IMG/VR virus record: IMGVR_UViG_3300036831_000090
Coordinates: 1-54,879 of that record
DNA length: 54,879 nucleotides
Direction: 5' to 3' (one strand)
Source: a virus
Taxonomy: Duplodnaviria > Caudoviricetes
Part shown: piece after piece, positions 34,994-44,633 of the stretch
How positions within the stretch are numbered: position 1 is the stretch's first letter
Layout: each line of letters starts with the position of its first letter
The notes under the pieces: model-generated
The model's database searches: none
What the model was told of the DNA's origin: nothing
What the model saw: the letters and a program-made list of their open reading frames with translations, nothing else
Translations under genes and position numbers: made by a program

Positions 34994-35524
34994 ATGTTCG
35001 GATACTACGCTTTGACGAAGCCGAAGTTGCACCGGGAACCTTTACTCTCAGCCGAGGAAATCACCACCAATGAACTGTCGGCGGAGTTGGGAGCGAAGGC
35101 GAGCAAAGTTTTTGGCTACAAAACACTGTCGACCGAGCTCTCGAAAAAAGAAAAATCGGACAAGGTAAAAGCATTCGTCGCCAAGGCGTTTGCCGAAATT
35201 GGCTTCGAGCCACTGTCGACCGATAAGGTGATCGAATACAAAGACTGGTACAGTCGGAAATACTCGTACTCAAACGATTATCCAACCGTGACCGTGCGCT
35301 GGGAAGCGGTTTGGCTCCAAAACTACACGTCGCCAGTTCCGGAGTTCGCGTTGTCTCGGGCAGTCGAACTCAAGGAAAAGTTTCCCACCGCCAACTTCGC
35401 CATCGAGCATCCCGTACTCGATAGTGTAATGAGCGACCCTTTTCTCGTGATGGCCTACGAGGGCGAGGTCTTCTATTTGGAGGTGTGGGAAGAACCGGCT
35501 TTCGAGGGCCGGAGAACCGTCTAA
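34994..35524 (+). CDS. Hypothetical protein
   Basis: AAGGAGG RBS; DPFLV....Y.EVWEEP.F. Confidence 0.75.
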   Translation: MFGYYALTKPKLHREPLLSAEEITTNELSAELGAKASKVFGYKTLSTELSKKEKSDKVKAFVAKAFAEIGFEPLSTDKVIEYKDWYSRKYSYSNDYPTVTVRWEAVWLQNYTSPVPEFALSRAVELKEKFPTANFAIEHPVLDSVMSDPFLVMAYEGEVFYLEVWEEPAFEGRRTV

Positions 35525-35883
35525 CTTCCCGGCTGAGTCTGAGCCTGCGTCTTCACGATCGGCAAAGCAGCCTTGACGGCGTTGACCGCGGCAGTGTCGA
35601 GTTCGACGTTGACCGCATCCGCCGAGGCTGCCGCCCCGAGCGCGTCGACCGCAGAGAGCGCCTTTGCGAACACTGCCTCGATGGCGGCCGCCACAACGTC
35701 CGAGCCAGGGTAGACCGCCGCGACAACCTTGTTCACGACGTTCTCGACGGCCGTAATTTCCGGCGCGAGAGCCTGTTCTTCACCGGCGGCCCACGTCAAT
35801 GCCGCTTTCAGTTCGGTGGCGCCCTTCACGAAAGCGTGCCCGACCTTTGCCAGATCCGTTTCCACCTGCACAAGAATCGACAT
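35521..35883 (-). CDS. Ala/Val-rich hypothetical protein in lysis module
   Basis: Last gene of leftward arm. Confidence 0.6.
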   Translation of the reverse strand: MSILVQVETDLAKVGHAFVKGATELKAALTWAAGEEQALAPEITAVENVVNKVVAAVYPGSDVVAAAIEAVFAKALSAVDALGAAASADAVNVELDTAAVNAVKAALPIVKTQAQTQPGS

Positions 35884-35903
35884 GTAATCCGCCTTCCTCA
35901 TTT

Positions 35904-36206
35904 TCAGATTTTGCTGATGCTAACAAAATTCCCGAGTACGGAAGCAATTCCCTTGACGATGGCCAGCGCTTTCGGCGTCGGCTTCTTCAGTTCGTTTACT
36001 TCGTAGCTAACACCTGAATCCACGTCCTGAGTGGTCTGTTTAGCCGCTTCCATTTCTTCGGCGGCGTTGCCGATAAGCGTCCCGAGTTTACCCGCGAGCG
36101 GCGATAAATCAATCTGCAAAGCATGAAGCAGTAACCCAAGCGCCACGAGAGCGAACGCGGCGGCGAGTAGGACGATGATCTTTCCGACGAGCCAAATGAT
36201 CTTCAT
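35904..36206 (-). CDS. Membrane-anchored protein (spanin-like position)
   Basis: N-terminal TM, amphipathic tail, follows lysozyme. Confidence 0.5.
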   Translation of the reverse strand: MKIIWLVGKIIVLLAAAFALVALGLLLHALQIDLSPLAGKLGTLIGNAAEEMEAAKQTTQDVDSGVSYEVNELKKPTPKALAIVKGIASVLGNFVSISKI

Positions 36207-36619
36207 GTTTCGTACCAAACTCCGGTGCGCATCTGCTGCGCGAGGCGTAGAGCGCGGGCTCCGACCTGTTTAGCCCAAATCGAGTCCAACATTTCCTGTG
36301 CCGCTAAGTCCCAAGTGCCGCGCGCAATCGCCGTCAGCATGGCCGGAAACTGATCGAGCCGATTGAAACCAATGTTAAACGTCATGTTAATAAGCACAGC
36401 TTGACGTACTTCATTGAGTGCAGGGAACCACGGCAGCCGGAGTTTGAGCGTGTCTTCGACGGCCTTGATGTCGTTCTGCAACAGGAAGTCGATCTCAGTG
36501 TCCGAGAGCCCAACGTCCGTAAGATTCCTTCCGACGCCGATACTAGTCTTGCCCACCGTGTCGGTGTAAGGAAACCGACGAACCCCTTCGTCCTGTCGGA
36601 TTTGAGTCACAACGTCCAT
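36203..36619 (-). CDS. Endolysin, T4-like lysozyme (GH24)
   Basis: DEG.R..PY.DTVGK.SIGVGRNL, RQAVLINM.FNIG, AA.EMLDS.WA.QVG.RA.RL. Confidence 0.92.
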   Translation of the reverse strand: MDVVTQIRQDEGVRRFPYTDTVGKTSIGVGRNLTDVGLSDTEIDFLLQNDIKAVEDTLKLRLPWFPALNEVRQAVLINMTFNIGFNRLDQFPAMLTAIARGTWDLAAQEMLDSIWAKQVGARALRLAQQMRTGVWYET

Positions 36620-36855
36620 CAGAGAGTCTTGGGCGGTTGCTGTCCAGCGGGACCGTCGGAGGCCTTCGAGCGGTTGTAGTTTGCCGCCAATGTGTTCGCG
36701 AACTTAAACGCGAATCGGTAAAACTTTCCGCTGGTCGCGTCGGGCATTTCGAGCGAGTCGATCACCGCGTTTAGAATGTGATAAAAACCCAATGTTAATG
36801 CGGTTAAAGTGGCTGGGTGAATCGCCAGGTAGTGCCAGGGATGGACTGGGGGCAT
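36619..36855 (-). CDS. Putative holin/membrane protein
   Basis: Hydrophobic segment, directly upstream of lysin. Confidence 0.5.
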   Translation of the reverse strand: MPPVHPWHYLAIHPATLTALTLGFYHILNAVIDSLEMPDATSGKFYRFAFKFANTLAANYNRSKASDGPAGQQPPKTL

Positions 36856-37112
36856 TATTTCCTCCATGCGTCTTCTCGAAGCAGCTTGGCGTGAAGTTTG
36901 GCCTCGTCGAGTGTCGCTGCGGTCTCAATCTGCGTGGCAATCATGTGCAGCCACCGCCGTTGGTTCTGGCTATCAGATTCCTGCCGGAGCTTCCCGAGGT
37001 TATTCACGTCCTGTTTTGCTTTCGCAGTATCATTGCGCATGGTGGCGACAAATAAACCTGTACCGAAGACTAGCTGCGCTAAAACAATCAACAGTCCGAT
37101 TTCGATGGTCAT
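36855..37112 (-). CDS. Membrane protein with coiled coil (holin/antiholin-like)
   Basis: MTIEIGLLIVLAQLVFGTGLFVA. Confidence 0.55.
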   Translation of the reverse strand: MTIEIGLLIVLAQLVFGTGLFVATMRNDTAKAKQDVNNLGKLRQESDSQNQRRWLHMIATQIETAATLDEAKLHAKLLREDAWRK

Positions 37113-37456
37113 GCCCGATCCGGCGGGAGTTGGGGATGCTGAAATCGGCGCTTCTGGCGTTCCTCCTCGATGCGGTGCATGGCCGCTTCTTTCCTCGATC
37201 GCGCTTCGCGCAGCATGTCCCACAGCATGAGTTTTCGGCCTTCGTCAGCCGCTTGCTTACTCATGGATGAACCGATGGCCTTCTCCTCGGCCTCGGCCTG
37301 GATGAATTGCACGTAGGGTTCGAACAGTTCGGAGAAGTCCTCGGCGCGCGGGATTCGCGGCCGCGCCATCCCGAGCCAAAATTCCGTCAGGAAGTCGTAA
37401 GCCGCGCCTCCGAGGACGTCGCTTGGGGTTTTGTTCTGTCCGCTGCGTTCGTCCAA
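37109..37456 (-). CDS. Hypothetical protein (115 aa)
   Basis: TTG start; ATGA overlap with next gene. Confidence 0.5.
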   Translation of the reverse strand: MDERSGQNKTPSDVLGGAAYDFLTEFWLGMARPRIPRAEDFSELFEPYVQFIQAEAEEKAIGSSMSKQAADEGRKLMLWDMLREARSRKEAAMHRIEEERQKRRFQHPQLPPDRA

Positions 37457-37479
37457 GTTGCCCCCGTGGCCCTTGTGAG

Positions 37480-40400
37480 TTATTGAATCGTGCAAAATCC
37501 TACCAGCGTTCCGGTGGCGCTCGTTCCGGTCAGGCTTACCGTAGGAGAGTAGGTTCCGCTGGTCGCACTTCCTGTAAAAGTAGTCCACCAAGTTGTTGTG
37601 AATATCGTGGCTGAAGTCGTTAGACTTCCCGTGGCTAAAATGTTTCCATTGGAGGTCGATGCAGTCGTACCCTGTATACCTACCCCAGCATTCGTCGTGT
37701 CGATGTTCGCGGCTCCGAACACGCCAGATGGAGTTTGCGACCACGTATTTCCGACCGCGAAAGTGGGAGTCGTTCCTGCCGGAACTGACCAGCCGCCTTG
37801 ACAATTCACGCGCCACACCACCGCAGCGTTGGGAAGTGTCATGGTGCAGAGGCTTACGGGAGACAAGGCCAATGTGAGGGTTGAGGTTGTCAGCGCGAAG
37901 CTGCATTGCTTCCGCTGTTCAAGGGGAGCGCTGGCGTTGAGATATGGCGTCGTGCCGCTGAGAACTACGGCAGGTGCTGATCCAGCTAGACTCACGCCAT
38001 TGGTTCCCGCCCATAGGAGGGTTGCCGCCGTTGAGTCGGTAGAGAGAAGTGTTGTTCCAGAACTCGATCCCGAGAACTTCAATCCGGCGTTCCCGCCCTT
38101 GGCCAGTGTGAGCACGCCGTTCTGATCGAATGCCCAGGTAAATCCCTGGTTTGCAGAAGTCAGTTGCCAGTATTGATTGCCCGAATCGTATTTTAGAAGG
38201 TCTGAACCCGTACTTCCGGATACGTTAATCAGAGTAGTGGCGCGGTTCGCGGCGCAGCCATTCGGCGGGCAACCGATATTCAACACGCCATTGGCCGGTC
38301 CCGTATTCATGGTAAATCCGGTACTCCAAACGCCGGTAGAATTGAAAGCACTCGCTGGTGGAGGGAGATGGCCTCCGAGAGTATCGACGTTATAAAGCGC
38401 AGAAGAAGTATTGTTGACAACTCCCATGCCGGAATCATTCCCCGACCAAACGCCGTTGTAATTAAGCGTGAATCCCCCGGAACCGACTCCCTCTGCCGGC
38501 CAATAACGGTTTAGTTGGAAATTGCCAAATGAGAACTTAAAGAAAGGCCCGAGGGCCATCGCCACGGAATCCGCACTGGTCCACGCCACTTTATTCGGCT
38601 CGACCACAATCGTGTTTCCGGCGTTCGTACCCGCGTTCGTCACGTCCACTGACAGAGCCATCGGATACAGATTGTAGGAGCCTCCCGCTTGATTTGATCC
38701 GTTATAGCCTCCGCTAAATCCGATGAAAATGGTGAGGGTTGTGGCGTTCGTGACGCTCACAACCGGCCAGCATTGCCGTAGCGGTTGCACGACCGTCCAG
38801 AATCCAATCCCGCCACTGGTTGTCCAAGTATCGGCTACCAATTCCATGCAATCCCCAGCCTGAGATCCTGATGGCGCGGTATCGGCAACTGTGGCTCCCG
38901 TGGCGTGTGGCTGGGTAAACACCGCTGTGATGTGTGTTCCATCGGGCACGGCGGTAATCTTCACCGTTTCATAGGTGGTCGTATCTGCGATTACAGCAAC
39001 ATCGTTTACCGAGAAACTTGAAGAACTCGCTACCTGTACATTCTGCAAACCAGGCTGCAACTGAGCGATAGTCGCGCCACTCAAATGGGTCTTAGTGAAG
39101 TTCGCGGTAATGTGCGTCGTATCGGCAATCGCGGTGATTGTAACCGCCTCTTGATTCGATTGCGTCTGGTCATTGATGACCATGATGCTGTTGACGGCGA
39201 ATCCCACGGAAGTCGTCACCTGCACACTCTGGCTTCCAGTAATGGTGATGGCCGCTGCCGTGGTGCTGCTCGGCACGGAAATGGCCGCGCTGGTCGTGGT
39301 GTTGGTCGATGCGGTCCATGCGGTGCTGGAACCGGTCACGGTGACGAGACTCGTCCCACTGAAACTGGTAATCGTTCCGGTATTGTATTTGCGAGTGATG
39401 TTGTAGAGGGCGCGGCCATTGCCCTGCGTTCCTCCTCCGGCTGTATTGGCAATCGTGAGCGTGGTCGCTCCCGTACCCGGAGAACCGGAAATCGTTCCGG
39501 CATATTCGACATATCCCTGGCCGCCGCTGGCCGTGAAAGCATGTAAGCCTTCATCGCTGCCGGCGTTGATTCCTCCGAAATCGACCGCGCCATCCTCCAG
39601 CGGGATGCAGTCGCCCATCCCGTAGCACTGCGCTTGGAAATTCTGAGCATTGACTTGAGCATTCGACCAGCTATTCGTCTGCGTGTAGAGCGAGCCAATG
39701 TTTGTTTTATTGGTATACCCGTTCTGGTTGATGTTTTGCGTGCCGTTCATGAAGTTGGTCTGCCATGCGGAAGCAAATGTGTTGTTGGGATTGATCGAAT
39801 CGAGGAGGCCGTTGTAGTAGTGGGTCACGTACTGGCGGGCAAACTGGAGATTGGTCAGGCCATCCCAGCCGGGATTGTAGAGTGTGTCGGCATATCCGGC
39901 GTTGCTATAGTCGATAATGTAACTGCCAGATGGCTGATTGGTGATGGTTGGAAAATACAAATTGGCGATGTGCGCTCCGGTTGGGAATGCTCCGATATAG
40001 GCCCCTGGCGCAAGCGTGGTGCTGCCATTCGCAGCCGTGATTGCCGCTTGCTCCGTCGCATAACAGGTAGACCCACTGACAAACATTCCGTTGTCTTCAC
40101 AGGATGCCGTGCTCCCCGGAGCAATGAACGTCGAAGGAATGGAGAGTACGGGCGTTGCGCCGCCCGTCGATGCAACCTGGTTCGCGGTGCCGGTTACGGA
40201 GGTTACGGTCCCCGATCCTTTTGAGTTGAACGTCGTCCAGTCTGCCGAAGATAGACAACCCGCTTGCGATCCGGAGGCAGTTTGGCATCCAACTGTGCCC
40301 GTGGTGGTGATAGTCCCGCCGGTGATTGGACCGGTAGTAGCGATACTGGTAACCGTTCCGCCGCCGCTCGCCCCGCCGCCTCCGCCGCGAGCAGAAGCGG

Positions 40401-40788
40401 TCGATTGAATGATCGAGACCGTCGTGGTCCCGCCAACAAGCGTGGACATGCGCAGTCGTACATTGGTGTAACCTGCCGTGTTGCCCTGCCAAGTTCCAGT
40501 CGAAGTGACTGAAGTGACCGCCGTAGTCCCGTTGCTTGGCGTTACGTTGAACGGAACCCACGATGCTGCACCGTCGCCAGATGCTTCGACTTGAATGGTG
40601 TTGCCGCTGGCGTTATTGGTGATCGTAAACGTCGCTCCGCCTTGCGTTTGATCGACCGAAACGGAGAGACAATTCGCCGAAACGCCGTTGCCGCATGTTG
40701 CCCCGGCCGCGGTGAGTGCAACCTTTTGCTGCGATCGAGCCAACTGCCAACTGCAAAGAATGAGAAGCGCCAGCACGAGTTTTTTCAT
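37480..40788 (-). CDS. Large fibre/adhesin-like protein with Sec-type signal peptide (1102 aa)
   Basis: MKKLVLALLILCSWQLARS|Q; GTVTS repeats, G.LSSADWTTFNSK fibre motif, tandem internal domain repeat. Confidence 0.75.
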   Translation of the reverse strand: MKKLVLALLILCSWQLARSQQKVALTAAGATCGNGVSANCLSVSVDQTQGGATFTITNNASGNTIQVEASGDGAASWVPFNVTPSNGTTAVTSVTSTGTWQGNTAGYTNVRLRMSTLVGGTTTVSIIQSTASARGGGGGASGGGTVTSIATTGPITGGTITTTGTVGCQTASGSQAGCLSSADWTTFNSKGSGTVTSVTGTANQVASTGGATPVLSIPSTFIAPGSTASCEDNGMFVSGSTCYATEQAAITAANGSTTLAPGAYIGAFPTGAHIANLYFPTITNQPSGSYIIDYSNAGYADTLYNPGWDGLTNLQFARQYVTHYYNGLLDSINPNNTFASAWQTNFMNGTQNINQNGYTNKTNIGSLYTQTNSWSNAQVNAQNFQAQCYGMGDCIPLEDGAVDFGGINAGSDEGLHAFTASGGQGYVEYAGTISGSPGTGATTLTIANTAGGGTQGNGRALYNITRKYNTGTITSFSGTSLVTVTGSSTAWTASTNTTTSAAISVPSSTTAAAITITGSQSVQVTTSVGFAVNSIMVINDQTQSNQEAVTITAIADTTHITANFTKTHLSGATIAQLQPGLQNVQVASSSSFSVNDVAVIADTTTYETVKITAVPDGTHITAVFTQPHATGATVADTAPSGSQAGDCMELVADTWTTSGGIGFWTVVQPLRQCWPVVSVTNATTLTIFIGFSGGYNGSNQAGGSYNLYPMALSVDVTNAGTNAGNTIVVEPNKVAWTSADSVAMALGPFFKFSFGNFQLNRYWPAEGVGSGGFTLNYNGVWSGNDSGMGVVNNTSSALYNVDTLGGHLPPPASAFNSTGVWSTGFTMNTGPANGVLNIGCPPNGCAANRATTLINVSGSTGSDLLKYDSGNQYWQLTSANQGFTWAFDQNGVLTLAKGGNAGLKFSGSSSGTTLLSTDSTAATLLWAGTNGVSLAGSAPAVVLSGTTPYLNASAPLEQRKQCSFALTTSTLTLALSPVSLCTMTLPNAAVVWRVNCQGGWSVPAGTTPTFAVGNTWSQTPSGVFGAANIDTTNAGVGIQGTTASTSNGNILATGSLTTSATIFTTTWWTTFTGSATSGTYSPTVSLTGTSATGTLVGFCTIQ

Positions 40789-40803
40789 TGACTCGAAAAC
40801 CCC

Positions 40804-43104
40804 CTATGGAGTGATCCTGAATGCCACTCCCTGCGATGTCCACCCACCCGTTGCACAGGTAAAGGTAGCGTTGGCAGATGCCGTGGAGAGACCAGTTTGA
40901 TCTTCGAGCATTGACTCCGTGCTCGCTGTTCCACGACTTACAAAGCCAGCCCCTACAGAGATGCCAGTTGCGTTGCAAGTTCCGAATCCGACGACCAGAT
41001 CGCCCTGTGTGACGGCAAACGCGCCACTCGCGAGGGCCGTTCCGGTGCCATTGGTCGTCGCTCCCGCACCGTCTTTCGGAGAAATCTGTCCTATCCCGAT
41101 GTAGGCCGCTTGAACGACTTGAAGCAATGTGCAACTGCCCCCGCTCGAGACTGTCACCGTGGTAGTTCCACCGGCCGCGCCCGGGAAGAACCAAATCTGT
41201 TGAAACACACTTCCAGCGGGATTGGCTTGCACGGCATTCGCCGAGGTGTAAGTGCCGTTGAGGTTGTCGGAGACGGCAAATGTCGGAGCCGAGGGCGCCG
41301 AACAACTTACCCCCACCACTAGAAAGCCGCCGGCGATTACGTTCGCTCCGTAGGCTTGCGTTGTGGTCGAGGCGCCGACCTGTTTTCCGGCTCCACTGCT
41401 CGGAACAAAGGTCCAACTGGCGCTCGATTGTCCGAAAAGCTGCCCGCCCGCGTTGAATAGAATGTTTGAGCTACCCGTCTGTGGGGAGCGACCAGCACCG
41501 CAGTTCGAGCAGTTAAACATCGAACCATTTCCGGATACGATCGCCTGAATGGTAGCCAGTTGGAGCGGCTGGCCCATTTCTACTACGACGTCCTTGGTGC
41601 TTCCACCAGAAAAACCGCCGTTATTGATCACGAATTCCGCATAGTAATTAGTCTGATTCGTGGAATCCGTTCGCAGTAGGCAGGTTGTTTCATGGGTGCA
41701 GGCGTTGTCCCGCCACATATTCTCCGAGGCTTCGGTCGCGAGAGCTTGGGTGTTATTAAAATAGTACCCGATCGCGGAGGCTCCGCCCGAAACGACTCCA
41801 TTAAATCCGTTGTGCTCGACCGTGTTTTGGTACATGTGATTGGAGCCGACTCCAACGGTCAGGCAGACCCCATAATTCACATTTCCCGCCGCTGTGCCAT
41901 TCACGACAGTCCCGTTCGAACTCACGATGCTTTGCAGAACGTCGCCCACGACGTCGATCGCGCACAGGCCGGTCACACTGGTCGTCGCTGGATTGATCGA
42001 AACGGTATTTCCCTGAACAAGACTGGAGTTTCCGATGGCCGCGATTCCGTCACCGTCCTCGCCAATCACAATATTGTTTAATGCTTTTCCGCCCGAAACG
42101 CTGATCGCTGGACTCGTCGACGTCGCGGCGCCTGTGACAACATTCTTTTCGACCAATGCGACGTTCCCTATGATTCCCGAGGTAGCCTCATTCGAAATGG
42201 TGTTCCCACGTACAACTACGTTGTTCTGCGTCGTTGTCACGTTGATGCCATTGCCGGTGAAGGATCCGGAGACGCCCAAAAGCGCGCAGTTTTCAACGCT
42301 GGTCAGAGCCGCATTCAAAACAAACTGGTCGATGTTTCCGCCCTTGGTAAAGACCGCCGAACGGTCAGAAGGGCAAAGGACCGCTGAGTTGGAATTGGAT
42401 AGCGTGATGGCCGCTGTTTGCGTAATCGCTATCTGCGATGGAATGTAGAGCGTGGCGTTCGCCGGAATGGTTACCGCGGTCGAAAGCGTTTGGGTGCCGG
42501 AAAAATCGCTGACGACACACCGGCCATTTGCCGTCAGCGCCGTAAAACAAGTATTGATCTGCGCTCCAAGGTCGGCACCTGAAAAAGAACTCACGTACAA
42601 AGTCTGCGCGTCGCCGGTGATGGTGTTCGCCGATAACCCGAAAGCCTGCTGTCCCGTTGCGATGGTTCCTGCGATTCCGCTACTCGATCCACTACTTCCG
42701 CCCGCCCGAGCGGAAGCAGTGGACTGAATGATCGAAACGGTAGTGCTGCCGCTGACCAGCGCGGACATTCGCATCCGAATGTTCGTGTAACCGGCGGTAT
42801 TTCCCTGCCAAGTCCCGGTTCCGGTCGTGGAAGACACTGCGGTGGTGCTGTTGCTGGGCGTGACGTTGAACGCTACCCATGACGCTCCACCGTCACCGGA
42901 CGCCTCAATCTGAATTGTATTTCCGGCGTTGGCCGTGACCGTAAACGTCGCTCCGCCTTGCGTCTGATCGACCGAAAGCGAAAGGCAGTTGGCCGACACC
43001 CCGTTTCCGCACGTCGCCCCGGAAGCGGTCAGTGCTACTTTCTGCTGTGACCGCGCCAGATGCCAGCTACAGAGAATCAGAAGCGCTACGACTAGCTTTT
43101 TCAT
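40804..43104 (-). CDS. Tailspike/beta-helix-like protein with Sec-type signal peptide (766 aa)
   Basis: Same ~133-aa N-terminus as 37480-40788; parallel beta-helix-like repeats (VRGNTI, GDGIA, VQGNTV). Confidence 0.75.
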   Translation of the reverse strand: MKKLVVALLILCSWHLARSQQKVALTASGATCGNGVSANCLSLSVDQTQGGATFTVTANAGNTIQIEASGDGGASWVAFNVTPSNSTTAVSSTTGTGTWQGNTAGYTNIRMRMSALVSGSTTVSIIQSTASARAGGSSGSSSGIAGTIATGQQAFGLSANTITGDAQTLYVSSFSGADLGAQINTCFTALTANGRCVVSDFSGTQTLSTAVTIPANATLYIPSQIAITQTAAITLSNSNSAVLCPSDRSAVFTKGGNIDQFVLNAALTSVENCALLGVSGSFTGNGINVTTTQNNVVVRGNTISNEATSGIIGNVALVEKNVVTGAATSTSPAISVSGGKALNNIVIGEDGDGIAAIGNSSLVQGNTVSINPATTSVTGLCAIDVVGDVLQSIVSSNGTVVNGTAAGNVNYGVCLTVGVGSNHMYQNTVEHNGFNGVVSGGASAIGYYFNNTQALATEASENMWRDNACTHETTCLLRTDSTNQTNYYAEFVINNGGFSGGSTKDVVVEMGQPLQLATIQAIVSGNGSMFNCSNCGAGRSPQTGSSNILFNAGGQLFGQSSASWTFVPSSGAGKQVGASTTTQAYGANVIAGGFLVVGVSCSAPSAPTFAVSDNLNGTYTSANAVQANPAGSVFQQIWFFPGAAGGTTTVTVSSGGSCTLLQVVQAAYIGIGQISPKDGAGATTNGTGTALASGAFAVTQGDLVVGFGTCNATGISVGAGFVSRGTASTESMLEDQTGLSTASANATFTCATGGWTSQGVAFRITP

Positions 43105-43121
43105 CGTTTGGGAAACCTCCT

Positions 43122-44498
43122 CTATTGGATTCCTTCGACTCGAATGTGAAGGTTATAAGCCATCTGTGCCGCCGTATTCGAAGCGTAGGCGAAGGCGTAG
43201 GTCACGGCCGTCGAACCGTCGGTATTCAAGAGCAGGGGCACGCCGATTAAAACCGTGGTGGTCGCATTGCCGGTATCGGTCGTCTCGATCGTTCCGGCGT
43301 GACTCGTGGCTGGGCAGGTGATGGTCTGCGTTACGCCATCCGGGTCCTTGTAAACAATGGTGAGAGCGCCGAGCGTAGAAGTTGCCGCGCCGGTCGTGGC
43401 TGGCGTCGTGACTTTCGCGTTCCAATTGACCCGATACTGGTTCGTTCCCGAGAATGCCCCTCCGGAATTCGGAGTGAACAGCGTAGTCGTTCCGATGGCT
43501 GCTGTTTGGGCCGTTTTGTCGGTACTGCCGTCGACGTCGACAAGTGCTGCGGTATTGAATTGGATACCGATGGGGTTTCCAACGGTCGCGGTCACAACCT
43601 GGGTATTCACAGGGTTGGCGGTCGGCGACGACCAGGCGTTCATCGACGTTCCTACGTTCGCCGCTTCGAGAGCCCAAAGGCCACCGCCTGCGCTGGTCAT
43701 CTGAATCGCGCCAGTTACCCCGGTATCACCGATGGTTAGTATCCCCATCTGAAACTTGACTTGCGAATTGCTAACCGTTCCAGATGGCGTCGGAACCCTA
43801 AAGAGCAGAGTCGAACTTGGCATGGTAGAAATCTGAGTCTGCACGTTGAAGCAGGATTGCGCGGACGCGGAGCCCGTCCAGTAGTTTCCGCACCAGGCCG
43901 AAGTGGGAGAACTCTGGTTCGTCGGCCCAGCCGTTGCCGGGACGAGGCTCGCGAGAGTCGCGGTGTGCGAGACCACGTTGTAGACGTTCGATCCGTCGCA
44001 GGTAAGCGTGTTGCTCGTTCCGTTTTCGTAACCGACACCGCCATTGGTCGTGCAGTTGAGAATAAAACCGCTTGCTGGGATCGGCAGAGGCACCGAGAAA
44101 GCGGAAATAGCCGCTGAGAGGTCGACGGGGCCGGCGCCGGTCACCGGAGTCCCTGAGCCCGATGCGCCGATACTTGGAGCGATGAAGGCGGTGATGCCGT
44201 CCTTCCAAGTGATCGCGTAGCGGTACGAGCAGCCCGCCGGTTGAATCAAGTTCACGTCGTAAAGAACCTGGGTGAAGTGCCCATTGCCGTCGCCGCCGAC
44301 AATGGTGAAGTTTCTCGGCACCGTATAGCCGTTGTAGGTCGGCTGCTGATTCCCGGGACAGTTGAGGCTTGCGCTCCCCGTGAGAAACGTATACGGAAGT
44401 CCAATCGGGTCGGTGATCGTCGCGGTGATAATCGTATTTTGGCCGAAGCACACCGCCGGCATAAACAGCACCGCGAGCGCGAGTAAAAGTCGTTTCAT
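43122..44498 (-). CDS. Thr/Gly/Ser-rich protein with Sec-type signal peptide (458 aa)
   Basis: MKRLLLALAVLFMPAVCFG|QNT; N-terminal TATITDP.G beta-sandwich-like region; paired Cys. Confidence 0.75.
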   Translation of the reverse strand: MKRLLLALAVLFMPAVCFGQNTIITATITDPIGLPYTFLTGSASLNCPGNQQPTYNGYTVPRNFTIVGGDGNGHFTQVLYDVNLIQPAGCSYRYAITWKDGITAFIAPSIGASGSGTPVTGAGPVDLSAAISAFSVPLPIPASGFILNCTTNGGVGYENGTSNTLTCDGSNVYNVVSHTATLASLVPATAGPTNQSSPTSAWCGNYWTGSASAQSCFNVQTQISTMPSSTLLFRVPTPSGTVSNSQVKFQMGILTIGDTGVTGAIQMTSAGGGLWALEAANVGTSMNAWSSPTANPVNTQVVTATVGNPIGIQFNTAALVDVDGSTDKTAQTAAIGTTTLFTPNSGGAFSGTNQYRVNWNAKVTTPATTGAATSTLGALTIVYKDPDGVTQTITCPATSHAGTIETTDTGNATTTVLIGVPLLLNTDGSTAVTYAFAYASNTAAQMAYNLHIRVEGIQ

Positions 44499-44501
44499 GG
44501 G

Positions 44502-44633
44502 CTATCCCCGCTTCGATTTGCGACCGTGCTTCTTAGACTTCTTGCCGCCCTTTTTGCCGAATCGCATCATTTCCTTTTTCGCTTCCGGTGCCGATTCCAT
44601 TTCCGATCCTGCAATCTTTTTGCTCGCGAACAT
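44502..44633 (-). CDS. 43-aa basic peptide ending KKGGKKSKKHGRKSKRG
   Basis: Not in track; GAGGAGG RBS. Confidence 0.65.
   Translation of the reverse strand: MFASKKIAGSEMESAPEAKKEMMRFGKKGGKKSKKHGRKSKRG

Noticed and set aside
37480-43104. Diversity-generating retroelement or invertible fibre switch
   Set aside because: No reverse transcriptase or invertase seen; the duplicated module is a direct repeat with ordinary, not adenine-specific, divergence
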